This document shows, one piece after another, positions 54,368 through 64,000 of a stretch of DNA of 64,000 nt; position 1 is the stretch's first letter, and each line of letters opens with the position of its first letter. The DNA is taken from the NCBI GenBank assembly GCA_040390725.1, contig JAZJXT010000001.1:152586-216585 (forward strand), read 5' to 3'. A program made the position numbers and the translations under genes. The DNA comes from Patescibacteria group bacterium. GTDB lineage: Bacteria; Patescibacteriota; Minisyncoccia; Phycocordibacterales; UBA9973. The notes beneath the pieces were generated by a model. The model ran no database searches. It was not told the DNA's origin and worked only from the letters and a program-made list of their open reading frames with translations.

Positions 54368-56125
54368 ATGTCTACTTTCAAGGACACAATTTCATATTTA
54401 AAGCCTATTGTCATGCAATATAAATGGCAATTTTTTCTAATTTTTTTCTTGCAAGCTGGACGACTTGTTTTTAATAGCATTATTAACCCTTTGATTTACA
54501 AAAGGATTATAGATGTGATTTCTAAATCAGGCGTGGATAGGAGTTTGGTGGCGCATTCGTTACTCCAAAATGTTTTTTTTATTGTTATTCTTTTGCCTAT
54601 TGGTTGGTTTTTTGGCAGGGCGACTCAATTTGCAATGTCCAAATTTCAATCCTTGGTGATAAAGGATTTACATGATTTTTCTTTCAAGAAGCTTCATGAC
54701 CACTCTTATATGTTTTTCGCCGATCATTTTTCCGGAGCATTGGTAAATAAATCCAGGAAATTTGTCCGTGCATTTGAAGTAATGCACGATATTTTGATAG
54801 ATAATTTTTGGAATTCTCTTGTCGCCCTTACTGCTGTTTTTGTAGTATTTTTTACACAATCTCACATGATAGCTTTTATTTTCCTAGGGATGGCTGTATT
54901 TTATTTATCTATAGTATTTTTAATGGCAAGGAAAAAGGTCGAATATGACTTAGCTGAAGCTGCTGCGGATTCAAAAGTAACCGCAGTCTTAGCTGATTCT
55001 ATAACGAACTTTTTATCCATTAAATCATCTTCTTCCATCGACAGAGAAGTAAAAAGTTTTAAGGAAACCACAAACCTTGATGAGAAGCTTCGTCTTCGAA
55101 CATGGTATTTCGGTAATAAATTAAATGCGATTCAGTCGGGTATATCTTTTGCCGTTCAGATGATAGTAGCTTTTGTGACTGCATATTTATGGCTTGATGG
55201 TAAGATTTCTGCCGGTGTATTTGTCTTGGTGCAAAGTTATTCTGTGACTATTGGCAATCAATTTTGGGATTTGGGCAAGGCCACTACAAAGTTCACAAAG
55301 TCTATGTCGGACATGAAGGAAATGGTGGATATTTTCAAACAAACATCAGACGTAGTTGATCCTTCTGATCCTGAGGTGTCCAGAATCCAAAATGGAAATA
55401 TAGAAATAAAAAATATTGATTTTATTTATCCAAATGGCACTGACGTTTTTACTAATTTTTCTTTAAAGATAAATAAAGGTGAGAGGGTCGGATTAGTGGG
55501 GCATTCTGGCAGTGGTAAGTCTACCTTCACTAAGTTGATCATGCGTTTTATTGATATTTCTTCCGGTGAAATTTTAATTGACGGGCAAGATATTAGAAAA
55601 ATAAAACAAGATGATTTGCGCAATAACATTTCTTATATTTCTCAAGAGCCAATTTTATTTCATAGAAGTATACGTGAGAATATAGCTTATAGTTTACCTG
55701 AGGCGACCGAAGAACAAATCATAGAAGCTGCTAAAAAGGCGTATGCTCATGAGTTTATCGTAAATCTAAAACATGGTTATGATACAATGGTTGGCGAGCG
55801 AGGGGTCAAGCTCTCGGGCGGACAGAGACAAAGAGTGTCCATAGCCAGGGCGATGCTTAAACCTACTCCTATTATTATGTTGGATGAAGCCACCAGCTCT
55901 CTCGATAGTGTTTCCGAAAAATATATTCAAGATGCTTTTAATAAACTTACAAAAGGCAAAACCACAATAGTAATAGCACACAGACTTTCTACAATTCAAA
56001 AAATGGATAGAATTATTGTTTTGGAAAAAGGTAAAATTGCCGAAGAGGGAACACATATGGAACTTCTAAAAAAGGAAGGTATATATGCCAATCTATGGGG
56101 TCATCAAACCGGCGGTTTTTTGTAA
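54368..56125 (+). CDS. ABC transporter permease/ATP-binding protein (MsbA-like exporter)
   Basis: 6-TM domain followed by Walker A GHSGSGKST, signature LSGGQRQRVSIARA and Walker B IIMLDEATS. Confidence 0.85.
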   Translation: MSTFKDTISYLKPIVMQYKWQFFLIFFLQAGRLVFNSIINPLIYKRIIDVISKSGVDRSLVAHSLLQNVFFIVILLPIGWFFGRATQFAMSKFQSLVIKDLHDFSFKKLHDHSYMFFADHFSGALVNKSRKFVRAFEVMHDILIDNFWNSLVALTAVFVVFFTQSHMIAFIFLGMAVFYLSIVFLMARKKVEYDLAEAAADSKVTAVLADSITNFLSIKSSSSIDREVKSFKETTNLDEKLRLRTWYFGNKLNAIQSGISFAVQMIVAFVTAYLWLDGKISAGVFVLVQSYSVTIGNQFWDLGKATTKFTKSMSDMKEMVDIFKQTSDVVDPSDPEVSRIQNGNIEIKNIDFIYPNGTDVFTNFSLKINKGERVGLVGHSGSGKSTFTKLIMRFIDISSGEILIDGQDIRKIKQDDLRNNISYISQEPILFHRSIRENIAYSLPEATEEQIIEAAKKAYAHEFIVNLKHGYDTMVGERGVKLSGGQRQRVSIARAMLKPTPIIMLDEATSSLDSVSEKYIQDAFNKLTKGKTTIVIAHRLSTIQKMDRIIVLEKGKIAEEGTHMELLKKEGIYANLWGHQTGGFL

Positions 56126-56165
56126 TTTGCTTTTAAAAATTTAAAATAAGTATATAATAAAGAGT

Positions 56166-56711
56166 ATGAATGAAGTAGTAAAAAATTTTACAACTATAAA
56201 AATAGAAAAAAATAGTCTGTCGGAAAAGGAGCCAGGCTGGGAAAGCATAGCCTCTCTACGTTTTACACTTAAGGCAAGCACTCTAAAAATAAAAGAAGCT
56301 ATTGAGATATATAGGCTAGAACATCCAGAGTGGTGTAAAATGTTCAAATTTACCGATAAGCTTGGCAGAACTCATTCAGCAGAGTACTACTCTCCCCAAT
56401 TAAAAGAATTAATAAGAGAATATTTAATTAAAAATAAAAATAAAAATAAAGAAAAAAATTCAGAAAAGAAGCCAGGTTTTAAAAATTGTAGTGAATTGGC
56501 GCAGATTCTAAAAACATCTTATGTGAAAGTTAAAGAATCTGCGAACAAACATAGGGCATCAGAAAATGCTAACGAGTTTTTTCAAAAGTTGTATACTGAT
56601 AACAAAGTATTATTATCTGAAAATTATTCTCCCGAGCTTATTGAGCTAATTGCCAAAGATCTTGGAAGAGAAGAAGAACTTAGGATATATAGAGAAAAAG
56701 AATATGAATAA
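56166..56711 (+). CDS. Hypothetical Lys-rich protein (paralog of the N-terminal domain of 56808-57881)
   Basis: Shared motifs GWESIASLRF / GWETASSLAF and YSPELIELIAKDL / YAPELVELIIEDI with the next gene. Confidence 0.4.
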   Translation: MNEVVKNFTTIKIEKNSLSEKEPGWESIASLRFTLKASTLKIKEAIEIYRLEHPEWCKMFKFTDKLGRTHSAEYYSPQLKELIREYLIKNKNKNKEKNSEKKPGFKNCSELAQILKTSYVKVKESANKHRASENANEFFQKLYTDNKVLLSENYSPELIELIAKDLGREEELRIYREKEYE

Positions 56712-56807
56712 TGGTTCTTGCATTTCAAATTAATTACATCTAATACACAACAGATTGGTATTTTGTTTCAAATTGCTATAAATTAGGTTGTTATATATAC
56801 TATTAGT

Positions 56808-57881
56808 ATGAATTTTAATGAATCAAAAAGATGGCTTTCTCCACACTCAGAAGGTAATGGCGCTAAAAATAGTGAGAATGAAAATGACCATATAGATTTT
56901 AGTAAATTTTCTCTTGAGGAGATAATTGAAGGATTAAAGTATAAAACTTTTAAACCAAACATGTCCACGGTTGACAGGCTTATTGAACTTAAAAAACCGC
57001 ATGAAATTCTTAATTTTCTTTATCAATTTGATGAAAAATATCATAATCAAATAGCTCATAAATTTATTGGGATAGGACGTTCCCTTTGGATTGCAAATCA
57101 CCTTTATGAGCTGGAAGGTCTTGATGACTGGATAAAAGAACGGCTTGATGGGGATGGGTATGGTCACCTTGTCGAAGATAGTCCCGATAGTTTTGGTAAA
57201 TTAGAAGATAATATTATAAATAATATTTCCGAACCCGTACTCGAGTCTAAACCTAAATTTAAACCTGAACCTGAAATCGAAAAAAAATCTACAATTTCAC
57301 CTAATCTTGTTGAGTTATTAAAAATAGATTTAGGGGTTGAGGAAATAAAAAAGATACCAGAAAAGAAGGAAGGTTGGGAAACAGCAAGTTCTTTGGCTTT
57401 TATTTTACAAAGAGATTACGGCTTGAAGGTGTTACACGGGATCCTTTATGGGGATATTAAGAACATTGTTGAAAAATACAGAACAGAAAAAAATTTAGCC
57501 TGGTTTGAAATGCAGAGGGTGGTTGATGAAACTCCCGAATGTTATGCTCCTGAGCTCGTTGAGTTAATTATTGAAGATATAACAAAGAAGTATAATTCTA
57601 GTGAATACATGCCTGTTGCGGAAAATCCTGAAATTGAAAGATTAAAAAATTTATTAGTAATTAAAAATTCTGATGCTCGCGAGTTTTGTGATTATGGTGA
57701 ATATGATTTATTGGCGGATAGACTGGCACGCGGATACAAAATCGATGACTCTATCGCAAATGAGCTTATTGATCATGGTTATGGCAAAAATGTGGGGGAA
57801 TATATGGATAGATTTATACTTAAACAGGAAACCATAAAAAGATTGTTTCTTTTTATTGGGTATGGGGAAAGAGACCAATAA
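56808..57881 (+). CDS. Hypothetical protein (paralogous module shared with 56166-56711)
   Basis: ORF of 357 aa; motifs as above. Confidence 0.4.
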   Translation: MNFNESKRWLSPHSEGNGAKNSENENDHIDFSKFSLEEIIEGLKYKTFKPNMSTVDRLIELKKPHEILNFLYQFDEKYHNQIAHKFIGIGRSLWIANHLYELEGLDDWIKERLDGDGYGHLVEDSPDSFGKLEDNIINNISEPVLESKPKFKPEPEIEKKSTISPNLVELLKIDLGVEEIKKIPEKKEGWETASSLAFILQRDYGLKVLHGILYGDIKNIVEKYRTEKNLAWFEMQRVVDETPECYAPELVELIIEDITKKYNSSEYMPVAENPEIERLKNLLVIKNSDAREFCDYGEYDLLADRLARGYKIDDSIANELIDHGYGKNVGEYMDRFILKQETIKRLFLFIGYGERDQ

Positions 57882-57921
57882 TAAATTTTGAAAAAACGGC
57901 TTTTTCTGATAAGATAGCAGT

Positions 57922-59712
57922 ATGCAGAAACAGCCCTCAACATTATTAAGAATGGCTTTATTTTTTACAGACCGAAAGAGAACGGTCGCTTTTTTGGCTG
58001 TTTTGATTGTTTTTTCACAGGCAGCGAGTATCAGTGTGCCATTTATATCAAAAATTTTAATTGACTCTTTGACTGCGTTTATTAAAAAGGGTGGGGAGAT
58101 GCCGATACATACTTTAATATATTGCGCCTTGGGTATTTTAGTGGCCACACTTATCAGTAGTATTTTGGAGTCATTTTACAATTACAATCTTTTTGAGATG
58201 GTGACAAAAGTAGAAGACAAAGTCCGTAATTTAGCTTTTGAAAAATATCTTCACTTGCATGCACTTTTTCACCATGGAGCTTCGAGTGGGCAAATTATCG
58301 GGCGCATAGAGCGCGGTGGAGTTTCATTTTATACGATTGCAAATGATATAATCGGGCAACACATCGTGCCCTCGATGCTTGTTTTTACCGGAGCATTTAT
58401 AGCATTATTATTTGCGAATGTTTGGATTGCATTTGCTGTTTTAATTCCATTTCCTATTTATCTTTTGGCGACGAGGAAAATTGCCAATAAAATTTATTTG
58501 ATTGAGCAAGAATCAAATGATGCATTTGAAGGAATTTCACGCGAACTTTACGACATCGCCGGCAATGTTTTCACTGTTAAAAAATTCTCGCAAGAAGAAG
58601 CAGAATCACAGCATCATGAAAGATTGGTAAAAAAAGCCAGAGAAATACAATATGGCGCAGAGCGTTTATGGAGCAGGATTGAAAGCATTCAGTCGGCTAT
58701 CGCTATTACCGGACGCATTGGAGTGCTCGCTCTTTCTGCTTGGTTTGTGTTGAACGGCACGGCAACTATTGGGCAATTTGTTTTATATATTACTTTACAA
58801 AATATGGCATACCAACCACTCACGTCATTGTCTTCACTTTTCACTAGAGTTCGCAGAAATCTAACTAGAGTTGAGAGAATGTTTTTTGTTTTAGATGAAT
58901 CCATGAGCGTGCTCGACAAGCCAAATGCGAAAATTCTATCACCGCTCACAAAACAAATTGAATTTAAAAATCTTTTCTTTTCTTATCATAAAAAAGAGGA
59001 GGGGAAAGAATGGGCTTTGAAAAATTTAAATATTACTATTCCGGCCGGTACCAAAGTCGCATTGGTGGGCAGGTCGGGAAGCGGAAAAACTACATTTATA
59101 AATTTGCTTCTTCGTTCTTATGATCCACAAAAAGGCGGAATATATATTGATGGAGTTGATATTCGTGATGTAAAACAAGATTCTTTACGCAGACAAATAG
59201 CCGTCGTTCCGCAGGAGGTTGATTTGTTCTCGAGAACTGTTTATGAAAATATAGCTTATGGTCGCGAAGGTATTCCGCAAGAGCAAATTCAAAATGCCGC
59301 AAAGAATGCATTGGCTCATGATTTTATTATGAAGCTCGACAATGGCTACAATACCGTAGTGGGTGAGCGAGGCATCAAACTTTCCGGCGGAGAAAGACAA
59401 AGAGTAGGTATAGCCCGCGCGATATTGCGTGATCCTAAAATTTTGATTTTAGATGAAGCCACAAGCCACCTAGACACTGAAAGTGAAAAAATAATTACAG
59501 AAGCTACTGATACTCTAGTAAAAAATCGTACATCATTTATCATTGCTCATCGTCTTTCTACTGTTATTCATGCCGACATGATTTTGGTTTTCAAAGATGG
59601 CGAAATAGAAGCCGTAGGCAAGCATTCTGAATTACTGCATTCCAGTCCGACATATGCGCGCTTGCATTCTTTGCAATTCGAAGAAGATGAAACTACGCCG
59701 TTGACGCATTAA
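57922..59712 (+). CDS. ABC transporter permease/ATP-binding protein (second MsbA-like exporter)
   Basis: Walker A GRSGSGKTT, signature LSGGERQRVGIARA and Walker B ILILDEATS. Confidence 0.85.
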   Translation: MQKQPSTLLRMALFFTDRKRTVAFLAVLIVFSQAASISVPFISKILIDSLTAFIKKGGEMPIHTLIYCALGILVATLISSILESFYNYNLFEMVTKVEDKVRNLAFEKYLHLHALFHHGASSGQIIGRIERGGVSFYTIANDIIGQHIVPSMLVFTGAFIALLFANVWIAFAVLIPFPIYLLATRKIANKIYLIEQESNDAFEGISRELYDIAGNVFTVKKFSQEEAESQHHERLVKKAREIQYGAERLWSRIESIQSAIAITGRIGVLALSAWFVLNGTATIGQFVLYITLQNMAYQPLTSLSSLFTRVRRNLTRVERMFFVLDESMSVLDKPNAKILSPLTKQIEFKNLFFSYHKKEEGKEWALKNLNITIPAGTKVALVGRSGSGKTTFINLLLRSYDPQKGGIYIDGVDIRDVKQDSLRRQIAVVPQEVDLFSRTVYENIAYGREGIPQEQIQNAAKNALAHDFIMKLDNGYNTVVGERGIKLSGGERQRVGIARAILRDPKILILDEATSHLDTESEKIITEATDTLVKNRTSFIIAHRLSTVIHADMILVFKDGEIEAVGKHSELLHSSPTYARLHSLQFEEDETTPLTH

Positions 59713-59721
59713 AATAAATTT

Positions 59722-61524
59722 ATGGAATTAAAACAAATTAGAAATTTTTCGATTATAGCGCATATTGACCACGGGAAAAGCACCTTGGCTGATAGAATGC
59801 TCGAGATAACGCATACTATTGAAAAAAGAAAAATGAAAGACCAAGTGCTCGACAATATGGAGCTCGAGCGCGAACGCGGAATCACTATAAAAATGCAACC
59901 AGTGCGGATGGAATTTAAGGCAGGTAATGAGAATTTTATTTTAAATCTTATTGATACTCCTGGGCATATAGACTTTTCTTATGAAGTTTCGCGAGCCTTG
60001 AAAGCAGTAGAAGGTTCTATTTTACTTGTGGACTCTACTCAAGGTGTGCAGGCTCAAACTCTTACTACTTTAAATATGGCGCGTGAGGGTGGACTTAAAA
60101 TTATTCCTGTTTTGTCAAAAATAGATTCTCCTTTAGCTCGAGTAGAAGATGTAAAAGAAGAAGTAGTGAAGCTTTTGAATTGTGATCCGGATGAAATACT
60201 TTTAGTATCAGGGCGCACCGGTGAGGGGGTGGAGGATTTATTAAAAGAAGTTATAAAACGGGTACCTCCACCGAAGGAAACTTATTCCAAGGATGGGAAT
60301 TTACGCGCATTGGTTTTCGATTTTAAATATTCCAATCATCGCGGTGTGACGGTGTATGTGAGGTTGCTCGATGGCGCAGTTTCCAAGGGCGAGAGTTTGA
60401 TTTTCTCCGCATCACAAGAGAAATTTATTCCGCTTGAGGTGGGAATTTTTGCACCGGAAGAAAATGCTCGACCGGAGCTTTTGGTGGGTGAAATAGGTTA
60501 TATTGTTACTGGTATAAAGCAACCCGGCATAGCCAGCGTTGGAGATACTATTACCTTTCTTAAAAATCCATTGCCTCCGCTGTCTGGTTATGAAAAACCT
60601 CGTCCTGTAGTCTGGGCTTCTATTTTCCCTGAAGATGCTGATGACTTTGCTGATTTAAAAGCAGCCCTGGGCAAGCTTCGTCTTTCTGATTCAGCATTTT
60701 CTTATGAAGAAGAATCATCAGGCTCACTTGGGCGTGGATTTCGTTGTGGATTTTTAGGTATGCTTCACTTGGAAATAATTACAGAAAGATTGAAGAGGGA
60801 ATTTGATTTGGAATTGGTTATCACGACGCCGTCTATTACTTATGAAGTAGTAATGAAGGGTGGAAAAAGAGAAAAAATTTATTCCCCGTATTTTTTTCCG
60901 GATGATGGAAATATCCAAGAAGTTTTTGAGCCTTGGGTAGCAGTAAAAATAATTACGCCGTCTACATATATAGGAAATATTATGCAATTACTTTTTGATC
61001 ATGAGGCTGAAATAGGCGAGACGGAAAATTTCGGAGACAATCGTTCCGCTCTTTCATTAAAAATGCCTTTGCGAGAATTGATGCGTAATTTTTTTGACGA
61101 ATTAAAAAGCGCTTCCTCGGGTTATGCTTCGATATCTTACGAAATAGGAGAGATGCGTGAAGCCAATGTTACCCGCTTAGATATATTAGTTGCTGATGAA
61201 CCGGTGCCTGCATTTTCGCGTGTTGTATCTAAAAAGAAAGTGGAAGAAGAAGCCGAAAGAGCGGTGGAAAAACTTCACGGTATTTTGCCGAAACAAATGT
61301 TTACCACAAAAATACAAGGCAAGGCCTTGGGTAGAATTATTTCATCGCGCACTATTCAGGCATTTAAAAAAGACGTTACTCAGCATATGTATGGAGGGGA
61401 CATAACACGCAAAATGAAACTCCGTGAAAAGCAGAAAAAAGGCAAGAAGAAAATGAAAGAACGCGGACGAGTAAATATCCCTCAAGATGTATTCTTGAAG
61501 ATGATGCGTTCAGGGGATAAATAA
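59722..61524 (+). CDS. lepA: Elongation factor 4 (LepA)
   Basis: IRNFSIIAHIDHGKSTLADR, DTPGHIDF, and the LepA-specific C-terminal domain; 600 aa. Confidence 0.9.
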   Translation: MELKQIRNFSIIAHIDHGKSTLADRMLEITHTIEKRKMKDQVLDNMELERERGITIKMQPVRMEFKAGNENFILNLIDTPGHIDFSYEVSRALKAVEGSILLVDSTQGVQAQTLTTLNMAREGGLKIIPVLSKIDSPLARVEDVKEEVVKLLNCDPDEILLVSGRTGEGVEDLLKEVIKRVPPPKETYSKDGNLRALVFDFKYSNHRGVTVYVRLLDGAVSKGESLIFSASQEKFIPLEVGIFAPEENARPELLVGEIGYIVTGIKQPGIASVGDTITFLKNPLPPLSGYEKPRPVVWASIFPEDADDFADLKAALGKLRLSDSAFSYEEESSGSLGRGFRCGFLGMLHLEIITERLKREFDLELVITTPSITYEVVMKGGKREKIYSPYFFPDDGNIQEVFEPWVAVKIITPSTYIGNIMQLLFDHEAEIGETENFGDNRSALSLKMPLRELMRNFFDELKSASSGYASISYEIGEMREANVTRLDILVADEPVPAFSRVVSKKKVEEEAERAVEKLHGILPKQMFTTKIQGKALGRIISSRTIQAFKKDVTQHMYGGDITRKMKLREKQKKGKKKMKERGRVNIPQDVFLKMMRSGDK

Positions 61525-61525
61525 G

Positions 61526-61566
61526 AGGCAAGACCTAACATGTTAGGTCTTGCCTCTTGGTTTTAT
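61526..61566 (+). terminator. Rho-independent terminator after lepA
   Basis: Perfect 14-bp-stem hairpin gaggcaagacctaa-catg-ttaggtcttgcctc followed by tttt. Confidence 0.75.
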
Positions 61567-61698
61567 TTCAAAGTAAATAACGATGCAGAGTAGAGCAATA
61601 TCATACTGATGATGATAAATACGCATAATACTGACCAGATTATCTGCACTTTTTTCTTGTGTTTTTTATTAAAAATCATAGTATAATACTAGCATATT

Positions 61699-62070
61699 AT
61701 GAAGAATTTTCAACAAAAAAGTAAGTTTAAGCTTTTTATGCAATCCAGGCTTGGTTTGACCTTGTTGGGTTTATTTGTTATTTTTTTTGCATATAGTGTT
61801 TTTGGTTTTATGGGTAAGGCAGAGGAAGCAGCAAAAAATAAAAATCTTGCAGAGGAAAAAATAGTAGAGTTGCAGAAAGAAAAAGAAAGGTTGTCCACTG
61901 ATATTCAAAAATTACAAACACCTGAAGGTCAAGAAGAAGCTATCCGTGAAAAATTTGGTTGGACCAAGTCGGGGGAGGGTTTGGTGGTAGTGGTAGATGA
62001 TCAAAATAAAGATATGGGCATAAAGAAAGAAACTGGCTTTTTTTCTTATATAAAAAGTTGGTTTAAATAA
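61699..62070 (+). CDS. Septum formation initiator family protein (FtsB/DivIC-like)
   Basis: N-terminal TM, a coiled coil (..EEKIVELQKEKERLSTDIQKLQ..) and the conserved ..EEAIREKFGWTKSGE.VVV motif. Confidence 0.6.
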   Translation: MKNFQQKSKFKLFMQSRLGLTLLGLFVIFFAYSVFGFMGKAEEAAKNKNLAEEKIVELQKEKERLSTDIQKLQTPEGQEEAIREKFGWTKSGEGLVVVVDDQNKDMGIKKETGFFSYIKSWFK

Positions 62071-62143
62071 CGTTGACAGTCTTGCCTTGTAAATGATATT
62101 ATCTAGTAAATTTAGTTTTTAAAGTTCATTACTTAAATGCTCC

Positions 62144-62554
62144 TTGGAGGGGAGATGTATTATGAAAGTTTTATATAGTATTTTAATTTGCGCTGTGCTT
62201 CTTTGGGTGTCAGGGTTAGTATGGGCCCTCAAGGAAACTGATGCTTACTTTTACACTGAGGAGAAAATTAGCATAATTTTTGGAATTCTGCTTTTTTCCT
62301 ACCTTGCAGTAAAAAGAATAAAAAAAATTTATATTACTGTTGTGTTGTTTTGTTTAGGCTATGCCTTTTGTTTTTATGGCATACCCTCGTTTGGAGAAGC
62401 ATTTATGTCTATTTTTGGAAAATGGACAGCATTACTTATCGGCATCCTTATAAAGGGTTCCTTTGAGTTAATCATAATATGCATTATTTACTTCTGCTTA
62501 TGGTCAATTAATAAATTCATAAATGACCACACACAAAGAGGGGTATCTCTTTAA
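62144..62554 (+). CDS. Hypothetical membrane protein
   Basis: Four predicted TM helices; the start could be MKVLYS at 62162. Confidence 0.4.
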   Translation: MEGRCIMKVLYSILICAVLLWVSGLVWALKETDAYFYTEEKISIIFGILLFSYLAVKRIKKIYITVVLFCLGYAFCFYGIPSFGEAFMSIFGKWTALLIGILIKGSFELIIICIIYFCLWSINKFINDHTQRGVSL

Positions 62555-62616
62555 AAAATTTACAGCAATATTGTATCCAATTCTTAGTCCTCGAATTTTT
62601 CGGGGCTATTTTTTTA

Positions 62617-63684
62617 TCAATTTGTATAAGTAAATAGCTTGTCACTATCAATATTTAGCATGTCTTGCTTTTTGAATTTTAACACTGGTGCTTTGATTCC
62701 TTTTTCCTTTAATTTTTTTTTAGATACAAAATTTTTTATCTCGTCCCAGAGATTATTTTTTATAAAACTATTTAAAAGCGTTGCCCCGCCTTCAACTATT
62801 AGAGATTGTATTTTTCGTGCATAAAGTTCTTTTAGGATTTGTGGGAGTATGTTTTTTTTGAAATTTATTTTTATATATTCTAAATTCTTTTTATTTTCTT
62901 TTGGATTTTTTTTCTTTTCTGCAAAAATAAGTGTAGGTGTTTTTTTATCCAATAAGTGAAAGTTTTTTGGAATTTTTAAATATTGGTCTATGGCGATACG
63001 TATAGGGTTTTTGCCTTTAGTTAGGCGAACAGTGAGCTCGGGATTATCCAATAGGGCAGTATTGGTACCCACTATTATGGCTTGGTTTTCACTGCGCATT
63101 TTGTGAGATAGAATTTTGGATTTCTTATTGCTGATTTGTAAGGGCTTTTTACCGTCACCAAAAGTTCTTTTGGCATCCATAAATCCATTGGCAGTTTGCG
63201 CCCATTTTAAAATAACATACGGGCGTTTTTTTTCTTGATAGGTGAAAAAAGTTTTATTTAAATCTCTCGATTCTTTTTCTAGTACGCCTATTTTTACTTT
63301 TATTCCAGCTTTTAAAAGTTTTTCAATTCCTTGTCCATTTACTTTTGCGAAAGTATCCAGGCATCCAATTACAACATTCGGAATTTTGTGTTTTATTATT
63401 AGGTCTGTGCAAGGGGGAGTCTTGCCGAAATGCGCGCATGGTTCCAAGTTCACATATAGGGTAGACTTTTCCAAAAGCTTCTTATTCTTAACTGACTTTA
63501 CCGCATTTACTTCTGCGTGAGCTTCGCCGTATTTTTGGTGGTAGCCTTTGCCGATTATTTTTTTATCAAATACTATGACACTGCCCACCATAGGGTTCGG
63601 AGCTACATTACCAAGTCCTTTTTCTGCCAGCCTTAGGCAAATACTCATGTATTTTTCATCTTTTTTTACATCCCTTTCTGACAT
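62617..63684 (-). CDS. ribD: Bifunctional riboflavin biosynthesis protein RibD (deaminase/reductase)
   Basis: CMP/dCMP-type deaminase motifs HAEVNA and PCAHFGKTPPC, followed by a RibD C-terminal reductase domain. Confidence 0.8.
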   Translation of the reverse strand: MSERDVKKDEKYMSICLRLAEKGLGNVAPNPMVGSVIVFDKKIIGKGYHQKYGEAHAEVNAVKSVKNKKLLEKSTLYVNLEPCAHFGKTPPCTDLIIKHKIPNVVIGCLDTFAKVNGQGIEKLLKAGIKVKIGVLEKESRDLNKTFFTYQEKKRPYVILKWAQTANGFMDAKRTFGDGKKPLQISNKKSKILSHKMRSENQAIIVGTNTALLDNPELTVRLTKGKNPIRIAIDQYLKIPKNFHLLDKKTPTLIFAEKKKNPKENKKNLEYIKINFKKNILPQILKELYARKIQSLIVEGGATLLNSFIKNNLWDEIKNFVSKKKLKEKGIKAPVLKFKKQDMLNIDSDKLFTYTN

Positions 63685-64000
63685 GATTAAATTATAACAT
63701 ACCCCATAAATTAAATTTCTAAGCAGTTGATTTTTTAGCCAAATGTGATATTGTAATGTAAGAGTTGTTTTTTCAGCTCATTGTAATTTTTTGTAGCGTT
63801 GTTTTACACTTAAAAAATATTTTTATGAGTATCTTTTCAAAGACTTATCGTAAGCCAGGGGTTTTTAGCTTTTTTAGCAATATAAAGAACAATATTCTTT
63901 TTTATATTACTATATTTCCCTATGTTAAAGATGCATTTTTCCAAAAAATTAAAAATAGAAATTGGGAAAATATCTTTAATAAAAAACAAAAAGTAAGTGG

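Noticed and set aside
1-64000. CRISPR array, transposase, integrase or prophage structural genes
   Set aside because: No regularly spaced direct repeats of 25-40 bp were seen by inspection, and no ORF carried transposase DDE or tyrosine-recombinase R..H..R..Y motifs.

Overview
This window is AT-rich (about one third GC), gene-dense and full of small genes, and the annotations below are consistent with a Candidate Phyla Radiation (Patescibacteria/Parcubacteria-like) chromosome segment. Housekeeping genes found: infB-rbfA (a short 509-aa IF-2), clpB, a dapB-dapA-dapL lysine-biosynthesis operon, leuS, murJ, lepA, ychF, ribD, a TsaC/YrdC-like gene, an FtsB-like gene and two MsbA-like ABC exporters. 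There are seven tRNA genes. One of them, tRNA-Asn(GTT), is split in the anticodon loop by a 563-nt group-I-like intron that encodes an HNH endonuclease. Several tRNAs have partial duplicated copies nearby. Accessory content: (i) a tandem array of six paralogous VirB2/TrbC-like pilin genes plus a large FN3-like::pilin fusion protein at 104-3770; (ii) a surface-protein operon with phage-tail-fibre-like repeats at 17221-20796; (iii) a defence/stress island at 34064-40030 carrying Fic, Smr, an MmeI-family Type IIL RM enzyme, two small unknown ORFs, a DinD homologue and a DUF45 (YgjP-type) metallopeptidase; (iv) an ArsR-family regulator flanked by a conserved palindrome, TATTCGTACGAATA, that recurs three times, including upstream of ychF; (v) a cupin plus three GH130 domains. 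Unusual DNA-level features: short GC-rich palindromes inserted in frame in infB and leuS, local GC-rich patches, and short microsatellites in promoter regions. No CRISPR array, transposase or integrase was recognised.
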